DNA of 64,000 nucleotides from an uncultured Verrucomicrobiae bacterium (GCA_963838045.1 CAWIPQ010000002.1:21014-85013); one strand, 5' to 3'. Shown: positions 9,146 to 19,019, counted from the stretch's first letter. Notes: generated from the sequence alone by a model not told the origin. Made by a program: numbers and translations.

Positions 9146-9343
9146 ACCCGGATCCGATCTGAATGCTTCGCCGAATTTTCAAATTTCTCATGGTCGATAT
9201 AACGATTCTTAGAATCGCCCGAGCAATTCCGGAGTTTAATCTGGACGAAATGCGCGTGCTGGCCGCCAGGTGAATTGGCACGACCATTCCAACACTGCGA
9301 TGCGAAGACCCAAGAGAAAAAGATTTTATGAAGGGGGATATTA

Positions 9344-9562
9344 ATGGGAGCACCACGAGGACGTAGACGCTGGCGAATGTCAAAATCGAAACAGAAACAG
9401 CAAAAATCGAACAAACCTTCAGCGCAATGGCGAAGGGAAAAGTCGTCGGACAATGTATCCACTCAGTCGGAAGGAATCGACCGGCTCCTGCTCTCGGCGC
9501 TGAAGTACTGGGAGGTTGAGCGCGATCTCATCGAAGAACGCATGCAGGCACGGGGATGTTGA
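9344..9562 (+). CDS. hypothetical small basic protein (72 aa)
   Basis: The ATG is preceded by AAGGGGGA at Shine-Dalgarno distance. No homology recognised. Confidence 0.4.
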   Translation: MGAPRGRRRWRMSKSKQKQQKSNKPSAQWRREKSSDNVSTQSEGIDRLLLSALKYWEVERDLIEERMQARGC

Positions 9563-9634
9563 GCGTTTCGTTAGGCGGAAATGGCGTCCAACCGGGATAA
9601 CCCGTTAAATTCGAGCGAACTTTACAAGCCGAAA

Positions 9635-10552
9635 TTATTTCCGAGGCTTGATCTTATGTGTCTGTTTATTGCGAAGGCCATGATGCGAATGCGAAAGCTT
9701 CAGTTTGCTTTTCGGCTGGCTTTGTAACGATTTCGGGACCAGATCGCCCACCGGACCTTTTGCGATCGTCGTGCCTCCATCCACGACGTAAAGCGCACCG
9801 GTGACGTAACTCGCTTCGTCCGATGCCAGGAATGCATACACGTTCGCCACTTCTTCGGGTGTACCGCGCCGGGCTAGCGGCGTCGCTTGCACAAGGGATT
9901 TCTCCATCTCTTTGTCCATCGGGCCTGTCTCTTTGTGTGTCCACGCGGTATCAATCGGGCCCGGGCAGACACAGTTTGCGCGAACACCATTTTGCGCCTG
10001 TTCCACCGCCACACCGCGCATGAACGCGTGCATCCAGCCCTTCGTTCCACCGTATGGGGTGTTCTGCGCCAGTCCGATCATCCCCGACTCAGAACCGGCG
10101 GAAATGATGTTGCCGCGCGTTTTTTGCAATTGCGGCAGGGCGAAGCGCGTCATGAGAAATGCCGAACGAATGTTCATCCGGACGGTCCGATCGAAATCTT
10201 CAATCGGATAATCCTCGGTCATGGCATTATCGAGAAAAACCCCGGCGTTATTTACGAGTACGTCGATTCTTTTGAAATTTTTCAATGTGATATCAAGCAC
10301 GCCGCGCGCTCCGATTTCATCGGATACATCCGCACCATGCGCGATCGCGTCGCCACCTTTTGCGCGAATTGCTTCTGCAACGTCATCGACTGGGTCGTCC
10401 GGCAATCCGCTCACCACCACGCGTGCACCTTCTTTTGCGAATTTATGCGCAATTGCTTCACCGATACCGGTTCCCGCGCCTGTGATAATTGCGACTTTCC
10501 CCTTGAGCCGTCCGTTATCGGACCCATTGCTGCTGTAAATTCTTTTTGCCAT
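9635..10552 (-). CDS. SDR family oxidoreductase with a basic C-terminal tail
   Basis: TGAGTGIG Rossmann motif, NNAG, and catalytic Y-x-x-x-K (YGGTK). Likely start is ATG 10552 (MAKRIY...). Confidence 0.85.
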   Translation of the reverse strand: MAKRIYSSNGSDNGRLKGKVAIITGAGTGIGEAIAHKFAKEGARVVVSGLPDDPVDDVAEAIRAKGGDAIAHGADVSDEIGARGVLDITLKNFKRIDVLVNNAGVFLDNAMTEDYPIEDFDRTVRMNIRSAFLMTRFALPQLQKTRGNIISAGSESGMIGLAQNTPYGGTKGWMHAFMRGVAVEQAQNGVRANCVCPGPIDTAWTHKETGPMDKEMEKSLVQATPLARRGTPEEVANVYAFLASDEASYVTGALYVVDGGTTIAKGPVGDLVPKSLQSQPKSKLKLSHSHHGLRNKQTHKIKPRK

Positions 10553-10616
10553 ACACAATAAATTTCGCGCACCAGCCGCACTTCGCGCGCGCGATTTGAG
10601 ATTTATTAGTTAATCA

Positions 10617-10882
10617 AGGTGGATCGACTTCTCCGATCGAAGATTCGCCGTGGCGAAAGGCGATGACAATGTTCGCCGGAGGCGCTGTCTAGATTCTGGC
10701 GGTAAAGCGCAGCGGTACAGGCAACGCGCCCGGAGGTCGCGTTCCTTGAGGTGGATCGACTTCTCCGATCGGAGATTCGCCGTGGCGAAAGGCGCTGATC
10801 TAAGACTCTGGCGGCAAGCCGCAGCACCTATAGCCAACGCGCCCTCGCCACGGCGAGCTAGCTGCGGTCGCGTTTCACCTTT
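10617..10882. mobile_element. two tandem copies (131 and 135 bp) of a MITE-like palindromic repeat (family A)
   Basis: Each unit starts AAGGTGGATCGAC and ends GTCGCGTT(C/T)C(A)CCTT, giving terminal inverted repeats of about 14 bp. The internal arms CGCCGTGGCGAAAGGCG / CGCCCTCGCCACGGCG pair. Confidence 0.75.
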
Positions 10883-10995
10883 GGGCGCGAAGTGCACGTC
10901 AATGCGCATTTAATTTTGAGTTATTCAAGTCTGCTGCTGCGACGGGAATCGAAGCTTGTATGAGGTATGAGACCCAACTAAGATCAAGAAGGCCC

Positions 10996-13671
10996 ATGGC
11001 AAAGCGAAAAGCCAGGACAAATGCATCCCGTTCACGGAAAAAGCCGAGCGGAACAAAATCGTCCCGCTCAAAAGCAGCGAAGGCGAAATCAACGTCAAAA
11101 ACGGCGAATAAAAATTTGAGTTGCCCGATTGTGGGCATCGGCGGCTCTGCAGGCGGATTCGAAGCGGCGATGGATCTCTTGCGCCATTTAGATCCGAAAA
11201 CGGGTATGGCTTTTGTGATCGTGCAGCATCTCGATCCGCATCACGGAAGCCGCCTTCCTAATTTGCTAAGCAAAGCCACAGCGATGCCAGTCACCGAGGT
11301 GCCCGGGACGATCACGCCAAAACCAAATACGGTGTATGTCCAGCCGCCGAATAAGTGTGTCATTGCAAAGAAGGGCAAGCTGACGCTGGTCCGCCGCGCG
11401 GAGAGAGTCAACGTTGCGATCGACCACTTTTTTGAATCGCTCGCTGACGAATGCGGATCGCAGGGCATCGGAATCGTGCTTTCCGGGACCGGCAGCGATG
11501 GCACGGCCGGGTTGCGTGCCATTAAGGCAGCCGGCGGCTTGACCTTCGCGCAAACTGAAGAGAGCGCGAAGTTCGACGCCATGCCGCGCAGCGCAATTCG
11601 CGCTGGATTCGTTGACCTGGTTCTGCCGCCGCACGAAATCGCGCGCGAAATCGGGCGGGTCGCGAAGCATCCCTACGTCCGGCGTCCCATCAGCGAACAG
11701 GAGCTAACGGAAAAGGCGGCCTACCGACATGCCAACGACATGGGTCGCATTTTTCTTTCGCTGAAAAAGCATACGGGCGTCGATTTCAGCGCTTACAAGG
11801 AAGCCACGCTGATTCGACGGATTAAGCGACGTATGGCCGTGCATCGGATCGACAGCTTGAAGCGGTACGCACAGTTTTTGCGCAACAACAAAACGGAAGT
11901 CCATGCGCTTTTTGACGATCTGCTTATCAATGTGACTCAGTTTTTCCGGGACAAGAATCTCTTTAGTGTGTTGCAGAAGAAAGTTTTCCCGGCGTTGCTC
12001 AAAAGTAAGAGCAAAGATCGGCAACCGGAACTGCGCGTCTGGGTGCCGGGTTGCGCCACAGGCGAAGAAGTTTATTCGCTGGCGATTTGTATTCTGGAAA
12101 CGCTTGGCCAGCGGCCATCCAAATTGCGCATCCAGCTTTTCGGCACCGATCTGAGCGATTCCGTGATCGAACACGCGCGGCTCGGAATTTATTCCAGTTC
12201 AATCGAGAAGGACGTCTCGTCCGCGCGACTAAAGCGATTTTTTGTCAAACGCGACAGCACTTACCAAATCCATCGGAACGTGCGCGACATCTGCACGTTC
12301 GCGCGGCAAAACATCGCCGCGGATCCACCATTTTCGCGGCTCGACCTGATCAGTTGCCGCAACGTTCTCATTTACTTGAACCCGGCGTTGCACAAGCGCT
12401 GCATCCCGCAATTTCACTACGCGCTCAATCCTGGCGGCTACTTGATTCTCGGGCCTGCCGAATCGGTCGGTCCGTACGAGGAGCTTTTTAAATTAGTGGA
12501 CAGGAAAAACAAAATTTACACCAAGACGGCGGTGAACAGGCTGCCTGCGACGGACTTCATTTCGCAGAGAGAGCCTGGGTCGGCAGACTTCGAAGCGAGG
12601 CCGATGGCCGCTGGTCAAAATCTGGGTGGCAATCTCCTGAGAATAGCAGACCGGATTATGCTAAGCACTTACGCGCCAGCTGCGGTGGTGACCGATGAAC
12701 ACCTGCAGGTGCAGCAGTTCCGCGGCCGGACCGATCTCTTTCTCGAGCACCCACCCGGCCCGGTAACATATAATCTGCTGCAGATGGCGCGGCCTGCGCT
12801 GGTGGCAGATCTTCGCGCTATTATCCGTCGCTCCGTCAAGACGGGCAAGCCTGCCCGGAAAGAACGCGCAATTGTGAGGCTCGATGGCAAAAACTACGAA
12901 ATCAATCTTCAAGTGGTGCCATTCAAAGTCCCCGCGTTCAACAAGGTATGGCTGCTGGTGATCTTTGACGAGACTACCAGAGGAGCAAAACCGGAAAGAG
13001 TTGCGCGGCCGCTCGGGAAGACAGGTGCGGAGCGCGAGATACACGAGTTGCAGAACGAATTGGCGGCCTCAAAAGAATCCTTGCAAGCCATCATCGAAGA
13101 ACATGAAGCGACAAACGAGGAGTTGAAGTCGGCCAACGAAGAAATTGAATCGAGCAACGAAGAGCTGCAATCGACCAATGAAGAGCTGGAGACGGCGAAG
13201 GAGGAATTGCAATCTACCAACGAAGAGCTGACCACGTTGAACGAAGAGCTGAGCAACCGCAACCTTGAGATGATGCAATTGACCAACGAATTAAACAATT
13301 TGCTGGCCAGCATTCAAATGCCGATCGTGATGGTGGACAACGCGTTGACAGTGCAGCGCGCCACTCCCGCGGCGCGCGATACTTTTAATATTTTGCCGAC
13401 TGACATCGGCCGGCCGTTGACTGAGCTGCGACCTAATGTCGATGTTCCCGACCTGGAAAATCTTTTGTGCGATGTGATCGAAACGTTGACGCCGCGCGAG
13501 CGCAAAGTCGCGGATAACGAAGGGCGCAAATATTTGCTGCGTGTTCGGCCGTATCGCACCACTGACAACAAGATCGAGGGCGCGGTGCTTACATTGGTGG
13601 ATATCGATGGAAAACAAGATCGCGTTCCTGCAAAAAACAACCGCGCAAAAGATGTCTCGTCGCCCAAATAA
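10996..13671 (+). CDS. CheB methylesterase - CheR methyltransferase - PAS fusion protein
   Basis: CheB-type region (IVGIGGSAGG...GTGSDGT...), CheR SAM-binding region (RVWVPGCATGEEVYSLAI...CRNVLIYL), a NEEL-rich coiled coil and a terminal PAS domain. Start is 10960 or 10996. Confidence 0.85.
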   Translation: MAKRKARTNASRSRKKPSGTKSSRSKAAKAKSTSKTANKNLSCPIVGIGGSAGGFEAAMDLLRHLDPKTGMAFVIVQHLDPHHGSRLPNLLSKATAMPVTEVPGTITPKPNTVYVQPPNKCVIAKKGKLTLVRRAERVNVAIDHFFESLADECGSQGIGIVLSGTGSDGTAGLRAIKAAGGLTFAQTEESAKFDAMPRSAIRAGFVDLVLPPHEIAREIGRVAKHPYVRRPISEQELTEKAAYRHANDMGRIFLSLKKHTGVDFSAYKEATLIRRIKRRMAVHRIDSLKRYAQFLRNNKTEVHALFDDLLINVTQFFRDKNLFSVLQKKVFPALLKSKSKDRQPELRVWVPGCATGEEVYSLAICILETLGQRPSKLRIQLFGTDLSDSVIEHARLGIYSSSIEKDVSSARLKRFFVKRDSTYQIHRNVRDICTFARQNIAADPPFSRLDLISCRNVLIYLNPALHKRCIPQFHYALNPGGYLILGPAESVGPYEELFKLVDRKNKIYTKTAVNRLPATDFISQREPGSADFEARPMAAGQNLGGNLLRIADRIMLSTYAPAAVVTDEHLQVQQFRGRTDLFLEHPPGPVTYNLLQMARPALVADLRAIIRRSVKTGKPARKERAIVRLDGKNYEINLQVVPFKVPAFNKVWLLVIFDETTRGAKPERVARPLGKTGAEREIHELQNELAASKESLQAIIEEHEATNEELKSANEEIESSNEELQSTNEELETAKEELQSTNEELTTLNEELSNRNLEMMQLTNELNNLLASIQMPIVMVDNALTVQRATPAARDTFNILPTDIGRPLTELRPNVDVPDLENLLCDVIETLTPRERKVADNEGRKYLLRVRPYRTTDNKIEGAVLTLVDIDGKQDRVPAKNNRAKDVSSPK

Positions 13672-15955
13672 AAGACGCCCGGCGCTCCACGGCAGGCGAA
13701 AGACAGCTCGGTTGTCCGGGAAAATGACAAAGCGAGCGTCCCACGGGCGGAAATCTTCGACCGATAAAGCCAGGCGTGACGGTTCAACAAATGGCGCGCG
13801 TATTCATTCGCGACGCCCGCGCCTGATCCGGAATTACAGGACTGAATTGGACGCCGCGGTTCAGCGGTTTGTCGATCTTTACGATTTTGCACCGATCGCC
13901 TATGTGAGCTTCAACCGCTCCGGCCGGATTGAGGAAGCCAACCTCGCTGCGACTGAATTGCTTGGTCAACCGCGGGATTTGTTAGTCGGACGCCCGTTCG
14001 CGGTTTATACAGCGGACCTGGATTTGTTCCTCAAGCACCTGGTTCGTTGCCGCACATCGTTGGGACGGGTGGAGACGAAATTGCAGTTGAAGCCGGTGAA
14101 AGACGAACTGATCCCGGCGCAACTTATCAGCGCGCCGATTAGTTCCACGATGCGAAACGGCGCCGGGCTTTATCAAACCGCGATCATCAATTTGAGCGAG
14201 CGCAAAGCAGCCGAAGAGGCGCTGCGACAGGAAGAAGCGAAATTGGCGCGTGAGCTGGAAGATCTGAAGCAATTGCAACAGATCAGCTCCCAACTGATCG
14301 AGCAGCATGATAGCGACGCGATTTACAGGCAGATTGTCGATGCGGCGATAGTGTTGCTGCATGCGGACATGGGAAGTTTGCAAACGTTCCTGCCTGAAAC
14401 CGCCGAACTACTGGTCCTGGCGTCAAGGGGATTCGACCCATCCGCGGCGAAAGCTTGGAAGCGCGTTTCGGTTCGCACTGGTACAGTGTGCGCCGAAGCA
14501 CTCCGGCGCCGCGAACGAGTGATCGTTCACGATGTTCGGCAGAGCCATTTTTTGAAAAACAGGAAAATGCTTGAAATCTTCCGTCGTTGCCAGGTTCGCG
14601 CGGTGCAATCCACGCCGTTAATCTCGCGGGACGGACAATTGGTTGGAATGCTATCAAACCATTGGCGAGAGCCGCATCGTCCTTCCGTCCGCGAGTTGCG
14701 CTTGCTGGATGTGCTGGGGCGACAGGCAGCGGACCTGCTCGAGCGCGCCCACGCCGAAACGGCGCTGCGTGAATCCGAGGCACGCATGCGAGCAACCGTC
14801 GAGCAAGCCACAGCGGGCGTGACACGCTGCGATCCAACCGGCCGAATCACCTTTGCCAATCGAACCTTTTGTCGAATGCTCGGCTACACAGAGTCGGAGC
14901 TTGTCGGCAAATCTTTCGCCGAATTGACTCACCCCGCTCATGTGAAAGACAACATTCGTCGTTTTGCACAAATGATCCGCAACGGCAAGCCGTATGAGAT
15001 CGAAAAGCGCTATATCTGCAAAGACGGCTCGATTCTGTGGGTGGACGTGAGTGCAAGCGCGGTGCACGGGCCTGACGGCGAGGCGCAGTCGGCCGTTTCC
15101 GTGATCGTCGATATCACGGCGCGCAAAAGAGCCGAGGCCGCGTTACGGCGATCGAAGCAACTGCTGGAATTGCGCGTTCGCGCACGGACCCTTGCGTTGC
15201 GCAGGACAAACAGGCAGTTAGAAAGCGAGATCGAACGGCGCAAGGGACTGGAGGGAGAAATTCTGACCATCAGTGACCGCGAGCAACAGCGGCTGGGCCA
15301 GGAACTGCATGATGGGCTTTGCCAGCATCTGACTGCGGTCGCGTTTATGGCGCGCTCGATCGCATTGCGGCTAAAGCAACATCGCGTCATCGACGCAGCT
15401 GATATCGAGAAAATCGCGGAATTGGTGAACAATGCCGCAGTGGATACGCGCAGTCTTTCCCGTGGGTTGCACCGGATCGATGTCGACGCTGCAAGCCTCG
15501 TCACCGCATTATACGACCTGGCGAAACGCGAAATTTGGAGAACTCCATGCCGGGTGGATCTTCACCCCTCATTTCGTATCGAAGACGATATGGTGGCTGC
15601 GCATCTGTACCGGATTGCGCGCGAGGCGGTCATCAATGCCAATAAACATGCGCGGGCGCAGCAAATCGTGATCAGACTCGAGAAGTCGCCGAAGGCGATG
15701 GTGTTGCGAGTGATTGATGATGGCATCGGCTTCCCGAATCAACTGAACCCGGGAAAAGGGCTCGGGTGTCACATAATGAAATACCGGGCGCAATTAATTG
15801 GCGGCAACCTGGAAATCGATTTTCCACAAAAAGGTGGTACCCGTGTGTCCTGCTATTTTCCGCTGCAGGGGTCGCGGTCGAGGAAATCGCAGAATGGCAC
15901 CGAGCCGGCCGATGCTACGGTAAAAGATTCAAGCGACCCGGTAAGGGCAAATTAA
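13652..15955 (+). CDS. PAS/GAF/PAS sensor histidine kinase (HisKA_3 type)
   Basis: H-box EQQRLGQELHDGLCQHLTA, and HATPase N and G boxes (EAVINANKHA, DDGIGF). The start is ambiguous: ATG 13607, 13652 or 13724. Confidence 0.85.
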   Translation: MSRRPNKRRPALHGRRKTARLSGKMTKRASHGRKSSTDKARRDGSTNGARIHSRRPRLIRNYRTELDAAVQRFVDLYDFAPIAYVSFNRSGRIEEANLAATELLGQPRDLLVGRPFAVYTADLDLFLKHLVRCRTSLGRVETKLQLKPVKDELIPAQLISAPISSTMRNGAGLYQTAIINLSERKAAEEALRQEEAKLARELEDLKQLQQISSQLIEQHDSDAIYRQIVDAAIVLLHADMGSLQTFLPETAELLVLASRGFDPSAAKAWKRVSVRTGTVCAEALRRRERVIVHDVRQSHFLKNRKMLEIFRRCQVRAVQSTPLISRDGQLVGMLSNHWREPHRPSVRELRLLDVLGRQAADLLERAHAETALRESEARMRATVEQATAGVTRCDPTGRITFANRTFCRMLGYTESELVGKSFAELTHPAHVKDNIRRFAQMIRNGKPYEIEKRYICKDGSILWVDVSASAVHGPDGEAQSAVSVIVDITARKRAEAALRRSKQLLELRVRARTLALRRTNRQLESEIERRKGLEGEILTISDREQQRLGQELHDGLCQHLTAVAFMARSIALRLKQHRVIDAADIEKIAELVNNAAVDTRSLSRGLHRIDVDAASLVTALYDLAKREIWRTPCRVDLHPSFRIEDDMVAAHLYRIAREAVINANKHARAQQIVIRLEKSPKAMVLRVIDDGIGFPNQLNPGKGLGCHIMKYRAQLIGGNLEIDFPQKGGTRVSCYFPLQGSRSRKSQNGTEPADATVKDSSDPVRAN

Positions 15956-16060
15956 TTTTGTGACATCTGGCTCAACAAGGAACTGCGAATGCGTAAAGGA
16001 GAGTCAACCAGAGACTGAACGTCTCCGTAGCGTATGTTGCAACAGACTGAGCCACAGCTT

Positions 16061-16759
16061 ATGAGCGTCGCGCGATCGACAAATAACAACCCGAAGTGCG
16101 ATCCGCCGGACGCAAAACGGATCGTGATCGTGGATGATCATCCGCTTTTTCGCAAAGGGCTCCAGGAACTGATTCATTCCGACGGCTCGTTCGCCGTGTG
16201 CGGCGAAGCCGCCAACGCAGCTGAAGGCATGGAGGTGATTCGGAAACTGCATCCTGATTTTGTGATTGTGGACCTCAGTTTGCCGGGCACGAACGGCATC
16301 GAACTGATCAAGAACATTCGAGCGGAATTCACGGGGCTGCCCATTCTTGTGCTCTCGATGCATGACGAATCACTTTATGCTTTGAGGGCGATGCGTGCCG
16401 GAGCCGACGGTTACGTGATGAAACACGAAGCGATGGCAAATGTCGTCCAGGCAATCCACGAAGTGTTTGGCGGACGGCCTTATCTCAGCCCGGCGATGGC
16501 CGCGCAGGTCATCACGAAGTTCGCCCATCGCAACGCCGAAGGGGAAGCAGACTCCGTGGAGCGACTAAGCGACCGCGAGCTGGAAATTCTCGAGCTGATC
16601 GGTAAAGGCAATGAAGTGCGTCAAATCGCCAAATTACTGCATCTCAGTCCAAAGACGGTGGAGACGCACCGTGCACACATTAAAGACAAGCTCGACCTGA
16701 AGAATTCGCGCGAAGTCGCCCGCTTCGCCCTGCAGTGGCTTCAGGCGCGCGAGGAATGA
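16061..16759 (+). CDS. NarL/FixJ-family response regulator (REC + LuxR HTH)
   Basis: IVIVDDHPLF...VIVDLSLPG receiver region and the LSDRELEILELIGKGNEVRQIAKLLHLSPKTVETHRAHI helix-turn-helix. Confidence 0.9.
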   Translation: MSVARSTNNNPKCDPPDAKRIVIVDDHPLFRKGLQELIHSDGSFAVCGEAANAAEGMEVIRKLHPDFVIVDLSLPGTNGIELIKNIRAEFTGLPILVLSMHDESLYALRAMRAGADGYVMKHEAMANVVQAIHEVFGGRPYLSPAMAAQVITKFAHRNAEGEADSVERLSDRELEILELIGKGNEVRQIAKLLHLSPKTVETHRAHIKDKLDLKNSREVARFALQWLQAREE

Positions 16760-16796
16760 GGCGTCACCCAATGCGTTCGACGCGAGAATAGAATCA

Positions 16797-17005
16797 GAAT
16801 CGTAAGCCGTTAAAACGGCTGTTCCCGTTTTTCCCGGCGACCCACCGGCTTAAAAGCCGGTGTTAATGAGAGCCGGCAGGTGCAGTGGCGCAGCCGTCAG
16901 CCGTTCAACGGCTTTCTTCGTGGCGCCATCGCATTAACACCGGCCTTCAGGCCGGTGATCACACACAGCTGCGCGTGGTCAGCCGTTTCAACGGCTTTCC
17001 TCATC
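16797..17005. repeat. REP hairpin cluster on one side of the RAYT gene
   Basis: AAGCCGTTAAAACGGCT, CACCGGCTTAAAAGCCGGTGTTAATGAGAG, AGCCGTTCAACGGCT, TTAACACCGGCCTTCAGGCCGGTG and AGCCGTTTCAACGGCT. Confidence 0.8.
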
Positions 17006-17480
17006 GTGCCAACGCAATCCGTGGCGATCGGCGAATTCTCGCAATTCGTCTGCAAACGAGCGTACCGGTGATGTTCTTCTTGATCCGCGATATATCGTGC
17101 TACCTGATCTACGTTGGACTGCGACACCGAGAAGGCGCCATATCCTCTGCCCCACGCAAATTTTCCCGTGACGATGTCGTTGGAATTAACCCAGTGTGAG
17201 GAGCTTCCCTTTAGAAGTTGCACCACCTTCTCGACTGACAAGGCGGTTGGGAGATCGATCAGCGCGTGCACGTGATCGGGGTTTACAAAATTGATCTTCA
17301 TGTACACGCCTTGCTGCTCGGCATATTCCGCCAGATATCGCGACAGACCCGCCGCTGCCTTTTTTGTTTAGAAGTCGTTCCCGATTCAAAGCCGTCGAGA
17401 TCAAGTGAACAGGGCCAGCAGCGAGAAAAGCGAATGCACTGACATGGCCATTGGATCGTAAGCCGTTAAAACGGCTAGTG
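16897..17480 (-). pseudogene. REP-associated tyrosine (HUH/Y1, IS200-like) transposase, N-terminus disrupted
   Basis: ORF 16897..17307 carries the HUH motif (PDHVHALIDL), FAWGRGYGAFSVS and the catalytic-Tyr region VARYIADQEEHH. The upstream part (..VHLISTALNRERLLNKK) lies in another frame across the T6 run at 17360-17365. No clean start codon is present. Confidence 0.7.
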
Positions 17481-17945
17481 TCCATCTTTTGCGCGACGCA
17501 CCGGCTTGAAAGCCGGTGTTAATGAGAGGTCTGATTCGAGCCCCGGATTCAGTTAACCGCTACCGCGGATGCCCGGATGTGGTTTACCTTTTCCAGCTTC
17601 CTCCAAACCTTTTCCGAACGAGTTCCCTTATTCATTAATGCCGACGGCAAACTCGGCAACACCGTGCTGTCATTAACACCGGCCTTCAGGCCGGTGCTCA
17701 CCGAAGCTGCACGTAAGAAGCCGTTTTAACGGCTTCATGCACCGCTTTCGTAACGCAGTCCGGGTAAGTTCATCACGAATCGACTAACACTGCCATTGCA
17801 GGTTCCGCCCGCCCCATCACCAATATTGCCAATGGGTACGCCGATGAACGACTATGTTGATAGGCGCAACGCCCTTCTCATTCACACCGGGCTTTAGCCC
17901 GCTGCCGAGCGACGCCGCAACGTGCAAACGTTTTAACGGCTTTCC
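17455..17945. repeat. REP hairpin cluster on the other side of the RAYT gene
   Basis: A direct repeat of about 75 bp matches 16797-16872 (ATCGTAAGCCGTTAAAACGGCT...CACCGGCTTrAAAGCCGGTGTTAATGAGAG). Further REP copies lie at about 17670-17745 and 17880-17945. Confidence 0.75.
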
Positions 17946-17995
17946 TCTCTCACACCTTTCGCTTTTTTTCACGCTCAGCGGGCGCATATTCAAAT

Positions 17996-18910
17996 GTGAT
18001 GACTACGACGACGCGGGATGCAGTGGAGGAACTGCTTCACACGTATGGCGAAACCGGCGGAATAAATTATCTCGCCGCTGCCGCCTCCCTTCCTTCGCGT
18101 CTGTCGATCGAAGCGGCCTGCATCGAGCTGATGAGCCTGATGTTTCCCGGTTTTCGCAGCGAAGCGCTCGAGGGCACAGACGACCTTGCCGATACCACCC
18201 GCATCCGGGTGCGGCATTTGCATGCACGCCTGAAAACCGAAATTTGCAGGAGCCTGGGCAAAATTCGCCAGGATGAAGCGACGGAAGCAAAAGCCGACGA
18301 AATTCTAACGACATTTTTCAATCAATTGCCAGCGGTGCGCCGGATGCTTTGGACGGACATCGACGCTGCATACGAAGGCGATCCGGCCGCCACTACTTAC
18401 GAAGAGATTATCCTCGCGTATCCCGCTGTGGAAGCGATCGCGATTTATCGGATGGCCCATCTGCTCTACGGAAAAGTGCCGTTGATCCCGCGCATTATGA
18501 CCGAATGGGCGCACAGCCGGACTGGGATCGATATTCATCCCGGCGCGCAAATTGGTTCGCATTTCTTCATCGATCACGGCACCGGCGTCGTTGTTGGCGA
18601 GACCACCCGGATCGGATCGCACGTGAAAATTTATCAGGGCGTGTCGTTCATCGCGCGTTCGCTCGGAGCAGGGCGAGGTTTGCGTGGAAAAAAGCGTCAT
18701 CCCACAATCGAAGACGGCGTTTGTATTTACGCGGGAACCACGGTCATGGGCGGGGACACCGTGATCGGCGCCAATTCCACCATTGGCGCGAACGTTTTCC
18801 TCACCAAGAGCGTCCCACCGAATTCGCTCGTGTATTACGAAGAGAAAGAAGCCCTCGTCGTGCCGAAACGAAGCAAGCCCGCAACCAAAGGCGATGAGTT
18901 TCGAAAGTGA
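17996..18910 (+). CDS. cysE: serine O-acetyltransferase (long form)
   Basis: DAAYEGDPAA..., EAIAIYRMAH, GIDIHPGAQIG..FFIDHGTGVVVGET and a left-handed beta-helix of hexapeptide repeats. Confidence 0.85.
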   Translation: MMTTTTRDAVEELLHTYGETGGINYLAAAASLPSRLSIEAACIELMSLMFPGFRSEALEGTDDLADTTRIRVRHLHARLKTEICRSLGKIRQDEATEAKADEILTTFFNQLPAVRRMLWTDIDAAYEGDPAATTYEEIILAYPAVEAIAIYRMAHLLYGKVPLIPRIMTEWAHSRTGIDIHPGAQIGSHFFIDHGTGVVVGETTRIGSHVKIYQGVSFIARSLGAGRGLRGKKRHPTIEDGVCIYAGTTVMGGDTVIGANSTIGANVFLTKSVPPNSLVYYEEKEALVVPKRSKPATKGDEFRK

Positions 18911-19019
18911 CTATCTGGGGAGCGCACGCGGCCCGCGTGTTGACGATGGCGTCCTCGCCATCGTGGGCTTTTTGCGATTACGAGCACGAGCAGCTGAGCA
19001 TGAGTAGAAGGAACAATTA

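Noticed and set aside
9887-10561. 224-aa plus-strand ORF
   Set aside because: It is antisense to the SDR gene, which carries clear Rossmann and YxxxK motifs.
10617-10882. Possible CRISPR array (also considered for 22535-22886)
   Set aside because: The repeat units are 131-182 bp and abut each other with no unique spacers. The units are themselves long palindromes, and no cas genes are present.
17854-18276. 140-aa ORF upstream of and overlapping cysE
   Set aside because: Its N-terminal part is a translation of REP hairpins (TPGFSPLP...KRFNGF) and the rest overlaps cysE out of frame.
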